From a virus (Duplodnaviria; Caudoviricetes): 59,821 nucleotides of DNA. Below, in pieces: positions 27,329-36,760 of the stretch; the first letter of the stretch is position 1; each line of letters opens with the position of its first letter. The notes under the pieces are model-generated. The model saw only the letters and a program-made list of their open reading frames with translations. It did no database searches and was not told the DNA's origin. Made by a program: the position numbers and the translations under genes. The DNA lies in the IMG/VR virus record IMGVR_UViG_3300018080_000197, positions 1 through 59,821 of that record; one strand, given 5' to 3'.

Positions 27329-28306
27329 ATGGCCAAGAAGTCTACAAACAAGGGAGACAACCCAAAGAAAAGAATCCCGGACGGCGGGGACGGGGGAAAG
27401 AGTGAACGTGTTATTACCAAGACGCGGATACGGCCCAATCCGGAGACACAGGAGAGACGGCGGAGAGAGGGAAAGCCTCCCCTTCCCAAGCAGGTCATGC
27501 GCAACCTGTCCTTCTGGGAGAAGGGACATTCAGGGAACCCGTCAGGCAGGCGTAAAGGCTACAAACCATTAGCGCCTATGCTGCGCAAGTTATTGAACAA
27601 AGTAGACAAGAAGACCGGCAAGAGTCTAGGGCAGGAGATAGTGGAGAAGTGCGCGGAGCGCGCGGCGTTCGGGGATGACAAGTTCGCTCGGCTGGTCTTC
27701 GACAGGGTAGACGGGAAAGCGCCGGACGCCACGGCTCAGAGGCTGTTTGAGGAAGCCTATGAAAGCTTCCTGGACGACTTCCTGGAGGCTGTCAAAGGGA
27801 CGGTCAAATCCCCTGCGGACCGCGCGCGTATTCTGGAGAGGCTGGGTCTGGAGGTCCCCGAGGTTCCTTCCCCAGCATCCCCGGAAGGGGAAAGGCAGGA
27901 GCCGGATGACGTGGAGACGGACCCGGAGAAGACCCGGCAGGATGCTATCCGGTTCTACACGTCTATCCGTGACAATCCCACTGAAGCGGCGGCGTTGCGG
28001 CTAAAGGCGCAAGAGAGATTGGACGTATTGTTGGGGCACCTCCCCGACCTGGAAACGGATGATCCGGAGGAACTGGGGAATTACCTAGTGCGGTTCGTCA
28101 AGCAGGCTCAGACGTTGGGAGGCGCACCGGCTTCCCCGGAAGGGGAGGGAGAAGTTGCGAGGGAGTCAGGCAGGCGGACGGGGACCGGGACTGACGGGAA
28201 CACCTCTCCACATACTAGCTCTAAAACTGGAGGGAACACGAGAGGTCCGGTCAAGTCCCGGTCTACCACTTCTGTGGCCAAAGGCAAGCGGGGGAAACGC
28301 GCATGA
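27329..28306 (+). CDS. terS: terminase small subunit (DUF5681-like), unusually long
   Basis: FWEKGHSGNPSGRRKG, DRVDGK; ATGA overlap with terL. Confidence 0.75.
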   Translation: MAKKSTNKGDNPKKRIPDGGDGGKSERVITKTRIRPNPETQERRRREGKPPLPKQVMRNLSFWEKGHSGNPSGRRKGYKPLAPMLRKLLNKVDKKTGKSLGQEIVEKCAERAAFGDDKFARLVFDRVDGKAPDATAQRLFEEAYESFLDDFLEAVKGTVKSPADRARILERLGLEVPEVPSPASPEGERQEPDDVETDPEKTRQDAIRFYTSIRDNPTEAAALRLKAQERLDVLLGHLPDLETDDPEELGNYLVRFVKQAQTLGGAPASPEGEGEVARESGRRTGTGTDGNTSPHTSSKTGGNTRGPVKSRSTTSVAKGKRGKRA

Positions 28307-29718
28307 CCACCAGCGTGGCCACGCCCCAGCAGCAGCAGCGGAGGTCCAGAAGGGGCCGGAGACAGGCGAGGGAATCCCTTTACGTCCTGACGGATAGATG
28401 GTCTCCCCTGCGCTACCACGCTGAACAGGCACGGTTGTGGAACTCCAGGGCGCGGTTCCGTGTGGTCCACGCGGGGAGACGGTCAGGCAAGACCGAACTG
28501 GCCAAACGGTATCTGGTCAAGTGTGCGCTGGCGTGTGAGAGACCGCATGGCTGGTTCGTCTATGCTGCCCCCACGTTTGCGCAGGCCAAGCAAATCTACT
28601 GGCATGACGCCAAGGCGCTGGTTCCGCGTCGTCTCATGGCCGGGAAGCCTAACGAGTCAGAGTTGACTATCCGACTGCGGAACGGCGCGGATATCACGGT
28701 TCTGGGTCTTGACCGACCGGAGAGGTTGGAGGGAAGAGACCTGGACGGGATAGACATTGACGAATATGGCAACATGAAGAAAAGCGTCTGGCATGAGCAC
28801 GTTCGTCCCGCGTTGTCCACTCCAGGCCGTCCGGGATGGGCATGGTTGTTCGGAGTTCCGGAGGGACGCAACCACTACTATGACTTGGCCGAATATGCCA
28901 AGGGACCGGACCCGGAGTGGGATTGCTTCTGGTGGCATTCAGCGGACATTCTGGACGCCAAGGAAATGGAAGCAGTCAGGCGGGAAATGGACGAGCGAAC
29001 TCTGAGGCAGGAATACGGGGGAGAGTTCGTGGACTTTGCGGGAAGGGCTTATTACCCCTTCACACGAGAACTCCACGCTACCGAGAACCTGTCCGGCTAC
29101 TATGATCCGCGTGACGACTTGATACTTTGTTTTGACTTCAACGTGTCTCCAGGCGTGGCCGCTGTGTGTCAGGAGAGATTCTACACGGGAGACAACCCGG
29201 ACGTGGAGAAGTCCAAACCAATCACGATGGTCATAGGCGAGGTCTGGATAGAGAGAGGGTCCAACACGCCTATGGTCTGCCGGAGACTGGTGGAGGACTG
29301 GAAGGAACACAAGGGACGTGTTCTGTGCTACGGAGACGCCACGGGAGGGGCAAAAGGAACGGCCAAGGTGCAAGGGTCCGACATAGACTTGATACCAGCG
29401 GAACTCCGGCCGCACTTCCAGCCGGGTCCGGTCTACATGCGGTTCCCAAAGGCCAACCCTGCCGTGCGGTCCAGAATCAACGCTGTCAACACCCGTCTCC
29501 TGACTGCGGACGGGAAGGTCAAACTGCTCGTGGACCCGGCCAAAGCGCCGCACGTGGTCAAGGACCTGGAGGGGGTCACGGTCAAGGAAGGTTCCGCCGG
29601 AGAACTGGACAAGGATGGTTCGTTGGAACTCACACACATTTCTGATGGACTAGGTTACTACTTGGCTAAGGACTTCCCGGTCCGGACTCCGGGAGTGGTT
29701 CAAGTGACCAGCCTGTAG
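28303..29718 (+). CDS. terL: terminase large subunit
   Basis: AGRRSGKT, YAAPT..QA, DIDEY, nuclease CFDFN, YGDATG, HISDGLGY. Confidence 0.95.
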   Translation: MTTSVATPQQQQRRSRRGRRQARESLYVLTDRWSPLRYHAEQARLWNSRARFRVVHAGRRSGKTELAKRYLVKCALACERPHGWFVYAAPTFAQAKQIYWHDAKALVPRRLMAGKPNESELTIRLRNGADITVLGLDRPERLEGRDLDGIDIDEYGNMKKSVWHEHVRPALSTPGRPGWAWLFGVPEGRNHYYDLAEYAKGPDPEWDCFWWHSADILDAKEMEAVRREMDERTLRQEYGGEFVDFAGRAYYPFTRELHATENLSGYYDPRDDLILCFDFNVSPGVAAVCQERFYTGDNPDVEKSKPITMVIGEVWIERGSNTPMVCRRLVEDWKEHKGRVLCYGDATGGAKGTAKVQGSDIDLIPAELRPHFQPGPVYMRFPKANPAVRSRINAVNTRLLTADGKVKLLVDPAKAPHVVKDLEGVTVKEGSAGELDKDGSLELTHISDGLGYYLAKDFPVRTPGVVQVTSL

Positions 29719-29728
29719 GAGCAGAGAC

Positions 29729-30067
29729 ATGCCGATAGAAGACTGGGTTTGTTGTGTGGTTACGCTGAAGAGCGGAGTATCACACACCATATACCTGGAC
29801 AGGGACTTGGCCTGTGGAGTCTGCAAGGTGGTGGAAAAGGCCGTGGCTTCCCCTGACACGGACAGGCAAATCCTGCTCATCGGGAGGATCAAAAACCCGG
29901 CCGGGAACGGGTTGGTCCTGGAGAGGACCTTGGTGGTGGCGACGGACCGGATAGCGTCCGTGGAATTCACGGACGCGCCCCAGTTCGTCTACCCGGTTAC
30001 GATTACTCCGCAAGTGGAGGATGACAATGGCAACGAAGACGGCGCACAAGGGAACCCCCAAACGTGA
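29729..30067 (+). CDS. hypothetical protein
   Basis: RBS AGGAG; 112 aa. Confidence 0.6.
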   Translation: MPIEDWVCCVVTLKSGVSHTIYLDRDLACGVCKVVEKAVASPDTDRQILLIGRIKNPAGNGLVLERTLVVATDRIASVEFTDAPQFVYPVTITPQVEDDNGNEDGAQGNPQT

Positions 30068-30155
30068 CGGGTCCGGACGCGGCATGAGAACAAACCGTGG
30101 ACGCGGAGGGTGCTCAACCACGCAACGGACGGGGAAAGGGAGGACAAGACAATGA
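30027..30155 (+). CDS. 42-aa Gly/Arg-rich small protein (below the ORF-track cutoff)
   Basis: GGAGG at 30016-30020; MATKTAHKGTPKRDGSGRGMRTNRGRGGC...; stop overlaps next ATG (ATGA). Confidence 0.6.
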   Translation: MATKTAHKGTPKRDGSGRGMRTNRGRGGCSTTQRTGKGRTRQ

Positions 30156-30493
30156 GGATGAAAGGGTCATGGAAGACCACGGCGGCGGGAATCTTCGCCA
30201 TTCTGGGAGGACTGGGAACCATTCTCCACGGGGTCCTGACAGAGGAACCCACACAGTGGGAGGTTGCTCTTACGTCCATAGCCTCCGGGATAGGTCTCCT
30301 GTGTGCAAGAGACAACAACAGGAGTTCGGAGGACGTGGGGGTGCAGCGCCGTGGCAACGGACCTCCCCCGCCCCAGCACGCTAATTGCAGGTGCGTTCCC
30401 CCTGTAGATGACAGGACAGAGGCGTTGTGTGGAATTGGGGACACGGATGACGTGGACACACCAGACGCTGATTCTCTAAACCGGGGAGTCTGA
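30152..30493 (+). CDS. putative holin-like two-TM protein
   Basis: SWKTTAAGIFAILGGLG and IASGIGLLCARD hydrophobic segments; M-R-M dual start. Confidence 0.6.
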   Translation: MRMKGSWKTTAAGIFAILGGLGTILHGVLTEEPTQWEVALTSIASGIGLLCARDNNRSSEDVGVQRRGNGPPPPQHANCRCVPPVDDRTEALCGIGDTDDVDTPDADSLNRGV

Positions 30494-30523
30494 GACTCCC
30501 GCACTTCTGAAAGGAGCAATGAC

Positions 30524-30928
30524 GTGAGACACATTGGACTATCGTGCATGGTGGTTCTGCTGCTGATTTGCACAGCAGGCGTTGACGTGGGAGACACCGC
30601 GGACCCTGACGTTCAGACCCTCCAGGTCCTGGACAATGCGGCCGTGATCCTCCCGGAGGTGGCCAGCCTGGAGAAGGTTGACTTCCGCGTGGAGAGGACG
30701 TGCAGGGACGCTATGTGGTTGCCTACGCCGCATAGTGCCCTATGTTCTCTCAGTTGTGCGGGTTGTGCGGACCCTCCCTCTATTACGTCACTCCGGGAGA
30801 GTCTGGACATAGCCCATTTGATCCGACGACACAGATACTATGAATCCGCAAACCATTCTCTGAGCAGACGCCGGGACGGCCTTGTCCTGCGAATGAACTG
30901 GAGGTCCGCAGTCCTCCGGACGTGCTAG
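30524..30928 (+). CDS. hypothetical protein with N-terminal hydrophobic signal
   Basis: RBS AAGGAG; IGLSCMVVLLLICTAG. Confidence 0.45.
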   Translation: MRHIGLSCMVVLLLICTAGVDVGDTADPDVQTLQVLDNAAVILPEVASLEKVDFRVERTCRDAMWLPTPHSALCSLSCAGCADPPSITSLRESLDIAHLIRRHRYYESANHSLSRRRDGLVLRMNWRSAVLRTC

Positions 30929-31006
30929 CTACGGCGGGTGAAACCCGCCTCCACACCCTTGGCAATGTGGGCATGGGGTGCGATTGTGCAGACCGGAGGA
31001 ACGGAC

Positions 31007-31180
31007 ATGATTTCAGACGCGCTACACGGGTTGGGAAAGGCTGTGGGAGAGGTTCTGAAGGTGGCGTTGCCGTGGTTGCGGAAAGAGACCACCAAACAGA
31101 AGTCGGTCAAGGCCGTGGGAGACAATAAGGACCTGCGGCGGGACATTGACAGGACCATCCGGGAGGAGCTGGAAAGGTGA
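31007..31180 (+). CDS. small hypothetical protein
   Basis: RBS GGAGG; GTGA overlap with next gene. Confidence 0.55.
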   Translation: MISDALHGLGKAVGEVLKVALPWLRKETTKQKSVKAVGDNKDLRRDIDRTIREELER

Positions 31181-31728
31181 TACAGCCGGGAGACAAGCTA
31201 CAGGTGAGAATAGATGGAACAAGCCACGTCATGGACGCGGACACCTTCACGGTCACGGCCGTCAAATCCTCTTCCCCCAGCAGACCGCAGGCGGCGCATA
31301 GGGCACTTTACGCGGTCCCGCGTCCAAAGGTTCCGGGGAACCGTCACAATGCGCGTGTGGAGGCGTTGCGGCAGTCCAGAGAGGCACAGAGGCGGAAGGG
31401 CCACCAGCGGAGACGAAGGCAGAGGTCATCCGCCACAAGACGGAACCTGCTCACTCTGCTGGCAACCGTAGCACTCATGGTGGTAACTGCCGGTTGTGCG
31501 CTCTTCCGTCCGCCTCCCATAGTCAGACACCCCCAGACGCCGGTCCTGATTACGGAAGTCTCCGGGTCCAAGATCAAGGTGGCCGTGTATGACCGGGAGA
31601 ACAACAGCATGATAGACGCCGGTTGGACCGAGATTTCCGGATACGCGGGTTGGACGCTGGCGCCCTACGATTGGGAAGATTACCTGGAGAGGAACGCGGA
31701 CTATGCCGACACAGAAACCGGAAGATAG
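31177..31728 (+). CDS. putative lipoprotein/spanin-like protein
   Basis: Arg-rich stretch, then LLTLLATVALMVVTAGC lipobox-like sequence and PPP. Confidence 0.55.
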   Translation: MIQPGDKLQVRIDGTSHVMDADTFTVTAVKSSSPSRPQAAHRALYAVPRPKVPGNRHNARVEALRQSREAQRRKGHQRRRRQRSSATRRNLLTLLATVALMVVTAGCALFRPPPIVRHPQTPVLITEVSGSKIKVAVYDRENNSMIDAGWTEISGYAGWTLAPYDWEDYLERNADYADTETGR

Positions 31729-32122
31729 CGCTATCTTCAAGCTGGGAGAACTGACTGCGCAGGTCAAAACTCTGACCACCAGCGTGGGCAATATGGAAAC
31801 CAAGCTGGAAGGAACCGTCACCCGTATCTTTACCAAGCTGGATGCACAAGACGCGGGTTTGAGGGAACTGGTATCAGCAGAGGTAGGCAAGGTCTCCACG
31901 CACCCCACACCCTGTCAGGAACTGCGAGACCTCCAGGGAGTAGTTCAAGCAGGCCAGACGGAAATACGGTCCGTTTGGAACACGATAGCCACAGTTGGTC
32001 CTACAGTGGGAACCATCCTGGCCCTTCTCATATCCGCAATGGCTATGTGGGGCGCCTGGAAAGCCGAAGCAAGAGGACAAGCCAATGCCGAGCCCAGACA
32101 CAGCGTCGTTGAACAAAGATAA
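31703..32122 (+). CDS. coiled-coil membrane protein
   Basis: C-terminal TM segment VGTILALLISAMAMWGAW. Confidence 0.6.
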   Translation: MPTQKPEDSAIFKLGELTAQVKTLTTSVGNMETKLEGTVTRIFTKLDAQDAGLRELVSAEVGKVSTHPTPCQELRDLQGVVQAGQTEIRSVWNTIATVGPTVGTILALLISAMAMWGAWKAEARGQANAEPRHSVVEQR

Positions 32123-33611
32123 CGTCTCCACCACGTCCGTGGCCTATGATGCAATGGCCGTCAAGTGGCCGCTGCTGCACGACCTCTTGGGCGGGACGCT
32201 GGCCATGCAGGCCGCAGGGGAAAAATGGCTTCCCAAGGAGCCCAAAGAGGAAGACCACGCCTATCAACTCCGCCTGGAGAGGTCACAACTATACAACGGC
32301 TACGGGGACACTATCAAACGTCTGACGAGCCGTCCGTTCTCCAAACCAGTCACCACCAGCGTGGAACTTCCCGAGAGGCTGGAACTCCTGCTGGCCAACG
32401 CGGACAACGCCGGAGGCGATATTACCCAGTTCGCGCGGGAGGTCTTCAGGACTATGGCTATCTACGGGATGGCCCACATTCTGGTGGACTCTCCCCCGGA
32501 CCCGGTTGCAGGAACCAAGACTCTGGCGGATGAAAAGGCCGCAGGGACACACCCTTACTTCGTGTTGATTCAACCGCCCCAATTGTTGGGATACAAGACG
32601 CGCGTGGGGTCTGACGGTCTCCCGGAACTCTCCCAAATCCGAATCTATGAACGGGTGATAGAGGATGACGGGGACTACGCCAGCAAAGAGATTGAGCAAA
32701 TCCGTGTCTACAACGCGGACGGGACATGGGAGATACACAGGAAGCGCACAGAGGAAGACAAGTCTATCCGGTGGGTCCTTCACGAGGACGGGGAGCACTC
32801 GTATCCTGGAATACCTCTTGTGACCGTCTATGCGGACAAGATAGGCTACATGCAGGCCAACCCTCCCCTGGAGGACTTGGCGTGGGTCAACCTGGAACAT
32901 TGGCAATCCCGCAGTGACCAAAAGAACATCCTGCGTATAGCCCGTGTCGGAATCCTGTTCGCCTCCGGATTCCTCACGGAAGAGATAGAAGCCGGGATCA
33001 CAGTAGGTCCCTCCCGTATGGTGGCTTCTACCAATCCGGACGCCAAGCTGCAATACGTAGAACACACAGGCAAGGCCATAGAGTCCGGAGAGACGGATAT
33101 AGCCCACTTGGAGGAACGCATGGAAGTGCTTGGCCAACAGCCTTTCCTCCAGCGTTCCGGGGCACAGACGGCCACAGGGAAGGCCATAGATGAAAGTCGG
33201 ACGCAATCCGATATCCAGGCGTGGATTCAATCCCTGGAGAACGGTTTGTGGTATGCCTTCCATCGCGCCGCCGTATGGCTGGGGGAGAAAATCCCGAAAG
33301 GGTTCTCGGTCAACGTGTTCTCTGACTTCTCTATCTCGTGGGGACGAACGGAGGACGTGAAGGCCCTTCAGGCCATGCGAGACAAGAGACAGATTACACA
33401 GCAGACGTTCTTGACCGAGGTCAAGCGGCGCGGTCTGCTGGGGGATTCCGTGGACGTGGAGAGGGAGGTAGCCTATACACAGGCTGAAACGTCAGGTCCG
33501 TCAATGGACCTGGAGGGATACATCCCGCCGGATGACGAACAGGAGACGGACGGCGAAGAGGAACCTGTAGACGCCAGTCCCCTGGACGCAACAGAACAAA
33601 CGGAGGAATAG
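32085..33611 (+). CDS. portal protein (DUF4055-type)
   Basis: GGTLAM...WLPKEPKE...Y..RL, HILVD, PPLEDLA.VNLEHWQ..SDQ; size and position. Confidence 0.88.
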   Translation: MPSPDTASLNKDNVSTTSVAYDAMAVKWPLLHDLLGGTLAMQAAGEKWLPKEPKEEDHAYQLRLERSQLYNGYGDTIKRLTSRPFSKPVTTSVELPERLELLLANADNAGGDITQFAREVFRTMAIYGMAHILVDSPPDPVAGTKTLADEKAAGTHPYFVLIQPPQLLGYKTRVGSDGLPELSQIRIYERVIEDDGDYASKEIEQIRVYNADGTWEIHRKRTEEDKSIRWVLHEDGEHSYPGIPLVTVYADKIGYMQANPPLEDLAWVNLEHWQSRSDQKNILRIARVGILFASGFLTEEIEAGITVGPSRMVASTNPDAKLQYVEHTGKAIESGETDIAHLEERMEVLGQQPFLQRSGAQTATGKAIDESRTQSDIQAWIQSLENGLWYAFHRAAVWLGEKIPKGFSVNVFSDFSISWGRTEDVKALQAMRDKRQITQQTFLTEVKRRGLLGDSVDVEREVAYTQAETSGPSMDLEGYIPPDDEQETDGEEEPVDASPLDATEQTEE

Positions 33612-33612
33612 C

Positions 33613-33924
33613 ATGTCCAACAAAGCATCCGCTGAAGAGAAACGCTGGAAGGCGGAGAATGACGCACACACGCTGGCGGAAGCGGAGACTATGAAGGCCG
33701 ACAAGTCGCGCCTCTCCGCTGCACGCAAAGTGGCCGAGACACAAGCCACTGAAATGCGCGACAGGGCCAACGCCATGTCCCGCATAGCCGGAAAGGGTCC
33801 TTCCCCCAGCAACGGAAAGGGAGAAGGCGGAACCAAGTCCAGGTCCGGCGGGTCCTCTTCCAGCAGAGGTCCGGCCAAGGCGGCTCACGTCCCGGACATG
33901 TCCAAGAGGTTCTACAATGGATAA
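33613..33924 (+). CDS. hypothetical basic protein
   Basis: RBS GGAGG; 103 aa. Confidence 0.65.
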   Translation: MSNKASAEEKRWKAENDAHTLAEAETMKADKSRLSAARKVAETQATEMRDRANAMSRIAGKGPSPSNGKGEGGTKSRSGGSSSSRGPAKAAHVPDMSKRFYNG

Positions 33925-34411
33925 GTCCAAAGTCCGTGAGATAGTCCAGGAGACAGCGCCTTGGCTGATATGGGCGTTGCAATTGCAGGACTGGAACATT
34001 CAGATAGCGTATGAGACGCTGGCCAGTGAGAACACAGCTACAGGGTTCCACGCGGACGCCAAGATAGACAAAGTGACTGGTTCCCAACGCGCGCTAATCA
34101 CTCTGGATCATGACGCGCTTCACACCAGACAGCAGGTCCTAGGCGCTTTGGGGCATGAACTTCTGCATATCTTCCACCAAGGGTTCGACCTCTACGGAAA
34201 CGCCGTAGACGCTGTAGCGCCGGACACCGCGGCTGTGATCCTGGAGAGGGTCTTCTATGACGCCAGAGAAGCTATGGTGCGTCGCGTGGAGAGAATGCTG
34301 TCCGGGGGTCTGTGTCTGGATTGGGAGGCTGTCATAGCGCAGGCCAAGGAACGCGCGGCCGGTTTTGTCCCCAAAGGCGAGGTGACTGAAGTTGGCGAAG
34401 AGGATAACTAG
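33917..34411 (+). CDS. HExxH metallopeptidase-like protein
   Basis: LGHELLH with downstream E. Confidence 0.6.
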   Translation: MDKSKVREIVQETAPWLIWALQLQDWNIQIAYETLASENTATGFHADAKIDKVTGSQRALITLDHDALHTRQQVLGALGHELLHIFHQGFDLYGNAVDAVAPDTAAVILERVFYDAREAMVRRVERMLSGGLCLDWEAVIAQAKERAAGFVPKGEVTEVGEEDN

Positions 34412-35537
34412 GGAGCAGGTCAAGCGGCTGGTCAGACCTGTCAACCAAAAGCTGGTGGACAAGGCTATCCTCCACGCCCACTTTATCAACCGCTACTCCA
34501 ACACAGAAACCAACAAGATATTGGTTTTCTTGAATAGGGAAGTATTCCCTGATTTGGTCTATCAGATACAACGACGTTTGGCTGTTATGAAGAAGAGGGG
34601 GTTTGACAAAGGACCGTGGACCACGGAACACCTCCGGGAATTGCTGGCCACTTCCGATGCTATCTTCCGGGAGGGATTGGGGGAGGCGGGAGCATCCCTC
34701 CGGCAGGACCTGAAGGCATGGTCCGTCTCGGAGGCTGAACATGAACGCGCCGTCTTGGCGGCGGAGACCAGTCCGTGGAACATAGAGTTCTCCACTCCCA
34801 ACGTCCAGACGTTGCATTCCATAGTCACTTCTGAACCGTTCCAGGGTAAGGTTCTGAACAAGTGGTGGTCCGGCGTGGAGGCGTCTGCCAAGGACGGTAT
34901 CCGCAGGCAGGTAACACAGGGAATAGCCGAGGGCCAGACCATCCCGCAGATAGTCCGGCGTCTGGTGGGAACCCAAGCTGCGGCGTTTGGAGACGGGGAG
35001 TTGGGGAAGATACGCCGGAACGCTGAAGCCGTAGCACGGACGGCTATCAACCATGTCTCCACTCAGGCGCGGGAGTCCATCTATGAAGCCAACTCTGACG
35101 TGATAGCAGGGGTTCAGTATGTGGCCACCTTGGACGCCAGAACCACGGAAATCTGTATGTCCCTGGACGGCAGGGTCTTCGGCATACGGGAGGGTCCAAG
35201 ACCTCCAATGCACTTCAATTGCAGGTCCACTACAGTTCCTGCCCTGAAGTCATGGAAACAGCTTGGGATAAACCTGCGAGAAGCGCCGTTGGGAACACGC
35301 GCCACGCTGGACGGACAGGTCTCTGAGAGAGTGACATACAGTCAGTGGCTCAAGTCGCAACCGCAAGCTGTCCAGGTAGCCGCACTGGGAAAGGCCAAGG
35401 CCGAACTGTTCAGCAAGGGGATGCCCATAGATAAGTTCGTCAACGACAAGGGCCAAACTGTTCCTGTGAAGGTCCTGGAGAAAATGAGAATACCTTCGTC
35501 TGTGAAGTCCATACGGACTGGCGGGAGGTCCAGGTGA
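34392..35537 (+). CDS. head morphogenesis / minor capsid protein (SPP1 gp7 / Mu F-like)
   Basis: ARTA, ATLDARTTEIC.SLDG, PPMHFNCRS. Confidence 0.9.
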   Translation: MAKRITREQVKRLVRPVNQKLVDKAILHAHFINRYSNTETNKILVFLNREVFPDLVYQIQRRLAVMKKRGFDKGPWTTEHLRELLATSDAIFREGLGEAGASLRQDLKAWSVSEAEHERAVLAAETSPWNIEFSTPNVQTLHSIVTSEPFQGKVLNKWWSGVEASAKDGIRRQVTQGIAEGQTIPQIVRRLVGTQAAAFGDGELGKIRRNAEAVARTAINHVSTQARESIYEANSDVIAGVQYVATLDARTTEICMSLDGRVFGIREGPRPPMHFNCRSTTVPALKSWKQLGINLREAPLGTRATLDGQVSERVTYSQWLKSQPQAVQVAALGKAKAELFSKGMPIDKFVNDKGQTVPVKVLEKMRIPSSVKSIRTGGRSR

Positions 35538-35693
35538 GCACATACGCCACTCCCAGCCACAGCAAACCGGATACCTACTGCTTTGGCTGTGACGGAAAAA
35601 TTGAATTTCCGTCACTACTTAGAGGAATCCGTTTTGGCGTCAAAGCACAGAGAGAGATAGAATGCAGGTAACACGGGTAGTGCATGGAAGTGA

Positions 35694-35756
35694 TTGGACG
35701 GGAAGTCCAAGGGTTGTCGGCCGACCCTTTTCGGCCGGAGGACGGGAAGTCCAAGG
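35694..35756 (+). promoter_or_regulatory. tandem GGGAA-loop hairpins in the scaffold leader (17-bp direct repeat)
   Basis: GGACGGGAAGTCCAAGG at 35696-35712 and 35740-35756. Confidence 0.6.
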
Positions 35757-35772
35757 ATAGGGAGGACGTAAG

Positions 35773-36657
35773 ATGGCCCTTGACGCAATAAGGGATTCGC
35801 TGGAGGGACTGCCGGAAGACGTGGCGCGTGAATACGTGGAAATCACGCTGGGAGAAGGAAGCAACGCCAGAAAGCTGTTCAAGCTGGACGTAACGCCGCA
35901 GGAAGGCTTTGAACTGGACAACGTGTCCGGCCTGCGGTCTGCACTGGGAAAGGAGCGTGACGGGAGACGAACTGCGGAAGACAAGCTGAAGCCTTACGAT
36001 GGACTTGACGTGGAGAAGGCCCGACAGGCCATGCAGAAGATGGACGACATGGCCAATTGGAATCCAGACAAAGAGGTCGCGGAACGGATTCAGGCCAGAG
36101 AGCGCCAGCTTGTCCAGAAGCATACGGAGAAGGTGGACGAATTGACCGGCGAAATCAAGTCGCGCGACACACAGATTTCCAAGCTGGTCCTGGAGTCACA
36201 GGCCCAAGCGGCCATTGACAAGTATCAGGGTTCCTCTCTGTTGCTGCTTCCGCACGTCCTCCGCCAGACCAAGCTTCGCCGCTTGGACAACGGGGACTTC
36301 GTGGCGGAGGTGGTGGATTCTGACGGGATTCCCCGGATAGGGGACTCCACGGGAGGAGCCATGACCATAGACCAACTCGTCGCCGAAATGCGCAGCAAGC
36401 AGGAATACTCCGGGGCATTTCGTGGAAGCGGAGCACGTGGAAGCGGAGCAGGCGGGACGCCGCCCGCAAACGGAGGCGGGACACCTCCCAACCCCAGAAG
36501 GGGAGTCAAGACAATCCACGTGACGGATACGGATGCTATCAACCGCAACCTGGACAAGATAGCCACTGGGGAAATCACTGTGGTTGGAGGCAAGGGCGGC
36601 GGAGTCACGCGGGACGACGTGACAAGGTCGGAACCCGGACAGGTGCAAGCAGAGTAG
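35773..36657 (+). CDS. capsid scaffolding protein
   Basis: GLRSALGKER coiled coil, GSGAGG tail; directly before the MCP. Confidence 0.75.
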   Translation: MALDAIRDSLEGLPEDVAREYVEITLGEGSNARKLFKLDVTPQEGFELDNVSGLRSALGKERDGRRTAEDKLKPYDGLDVEKARQAMQKMDDMANWNPDKEVAERIQARERQLVQKHTEKVDELTGEIKSRDTQISKLVLESQAQAAIDKYQGSSLLLLPHVLRQTKLRRLDNGDFVAEVVDSDGIPRIGDSTGGAMTIDQLVAEMRSKQEYSGAFRGSGARGSGAGGTPPANGGGTPPNPRRGVKTIHVTDTDAINRNLDKIATGEITVVGGKGGGVTRDDVTRSEPGQVQAE

Positions 36658-36760
36658 ACGTGGCGTTGTAAATCCGTGGGATACGGTCGCGTCTGGGATG
36701 GGCGCGCAAAAGGGTGTTCTGGTTCACTCGGTCAGGTAGCCATTCAGAAAGGATAGAAAC

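Noticed and set aside
35534-35671. 45-aa ORF with GTGA overlap containing a 10-bp hairpin (35589-35615)
   Set aside because: Cannot distinguish a small gene from a regulatory leader; no motif support
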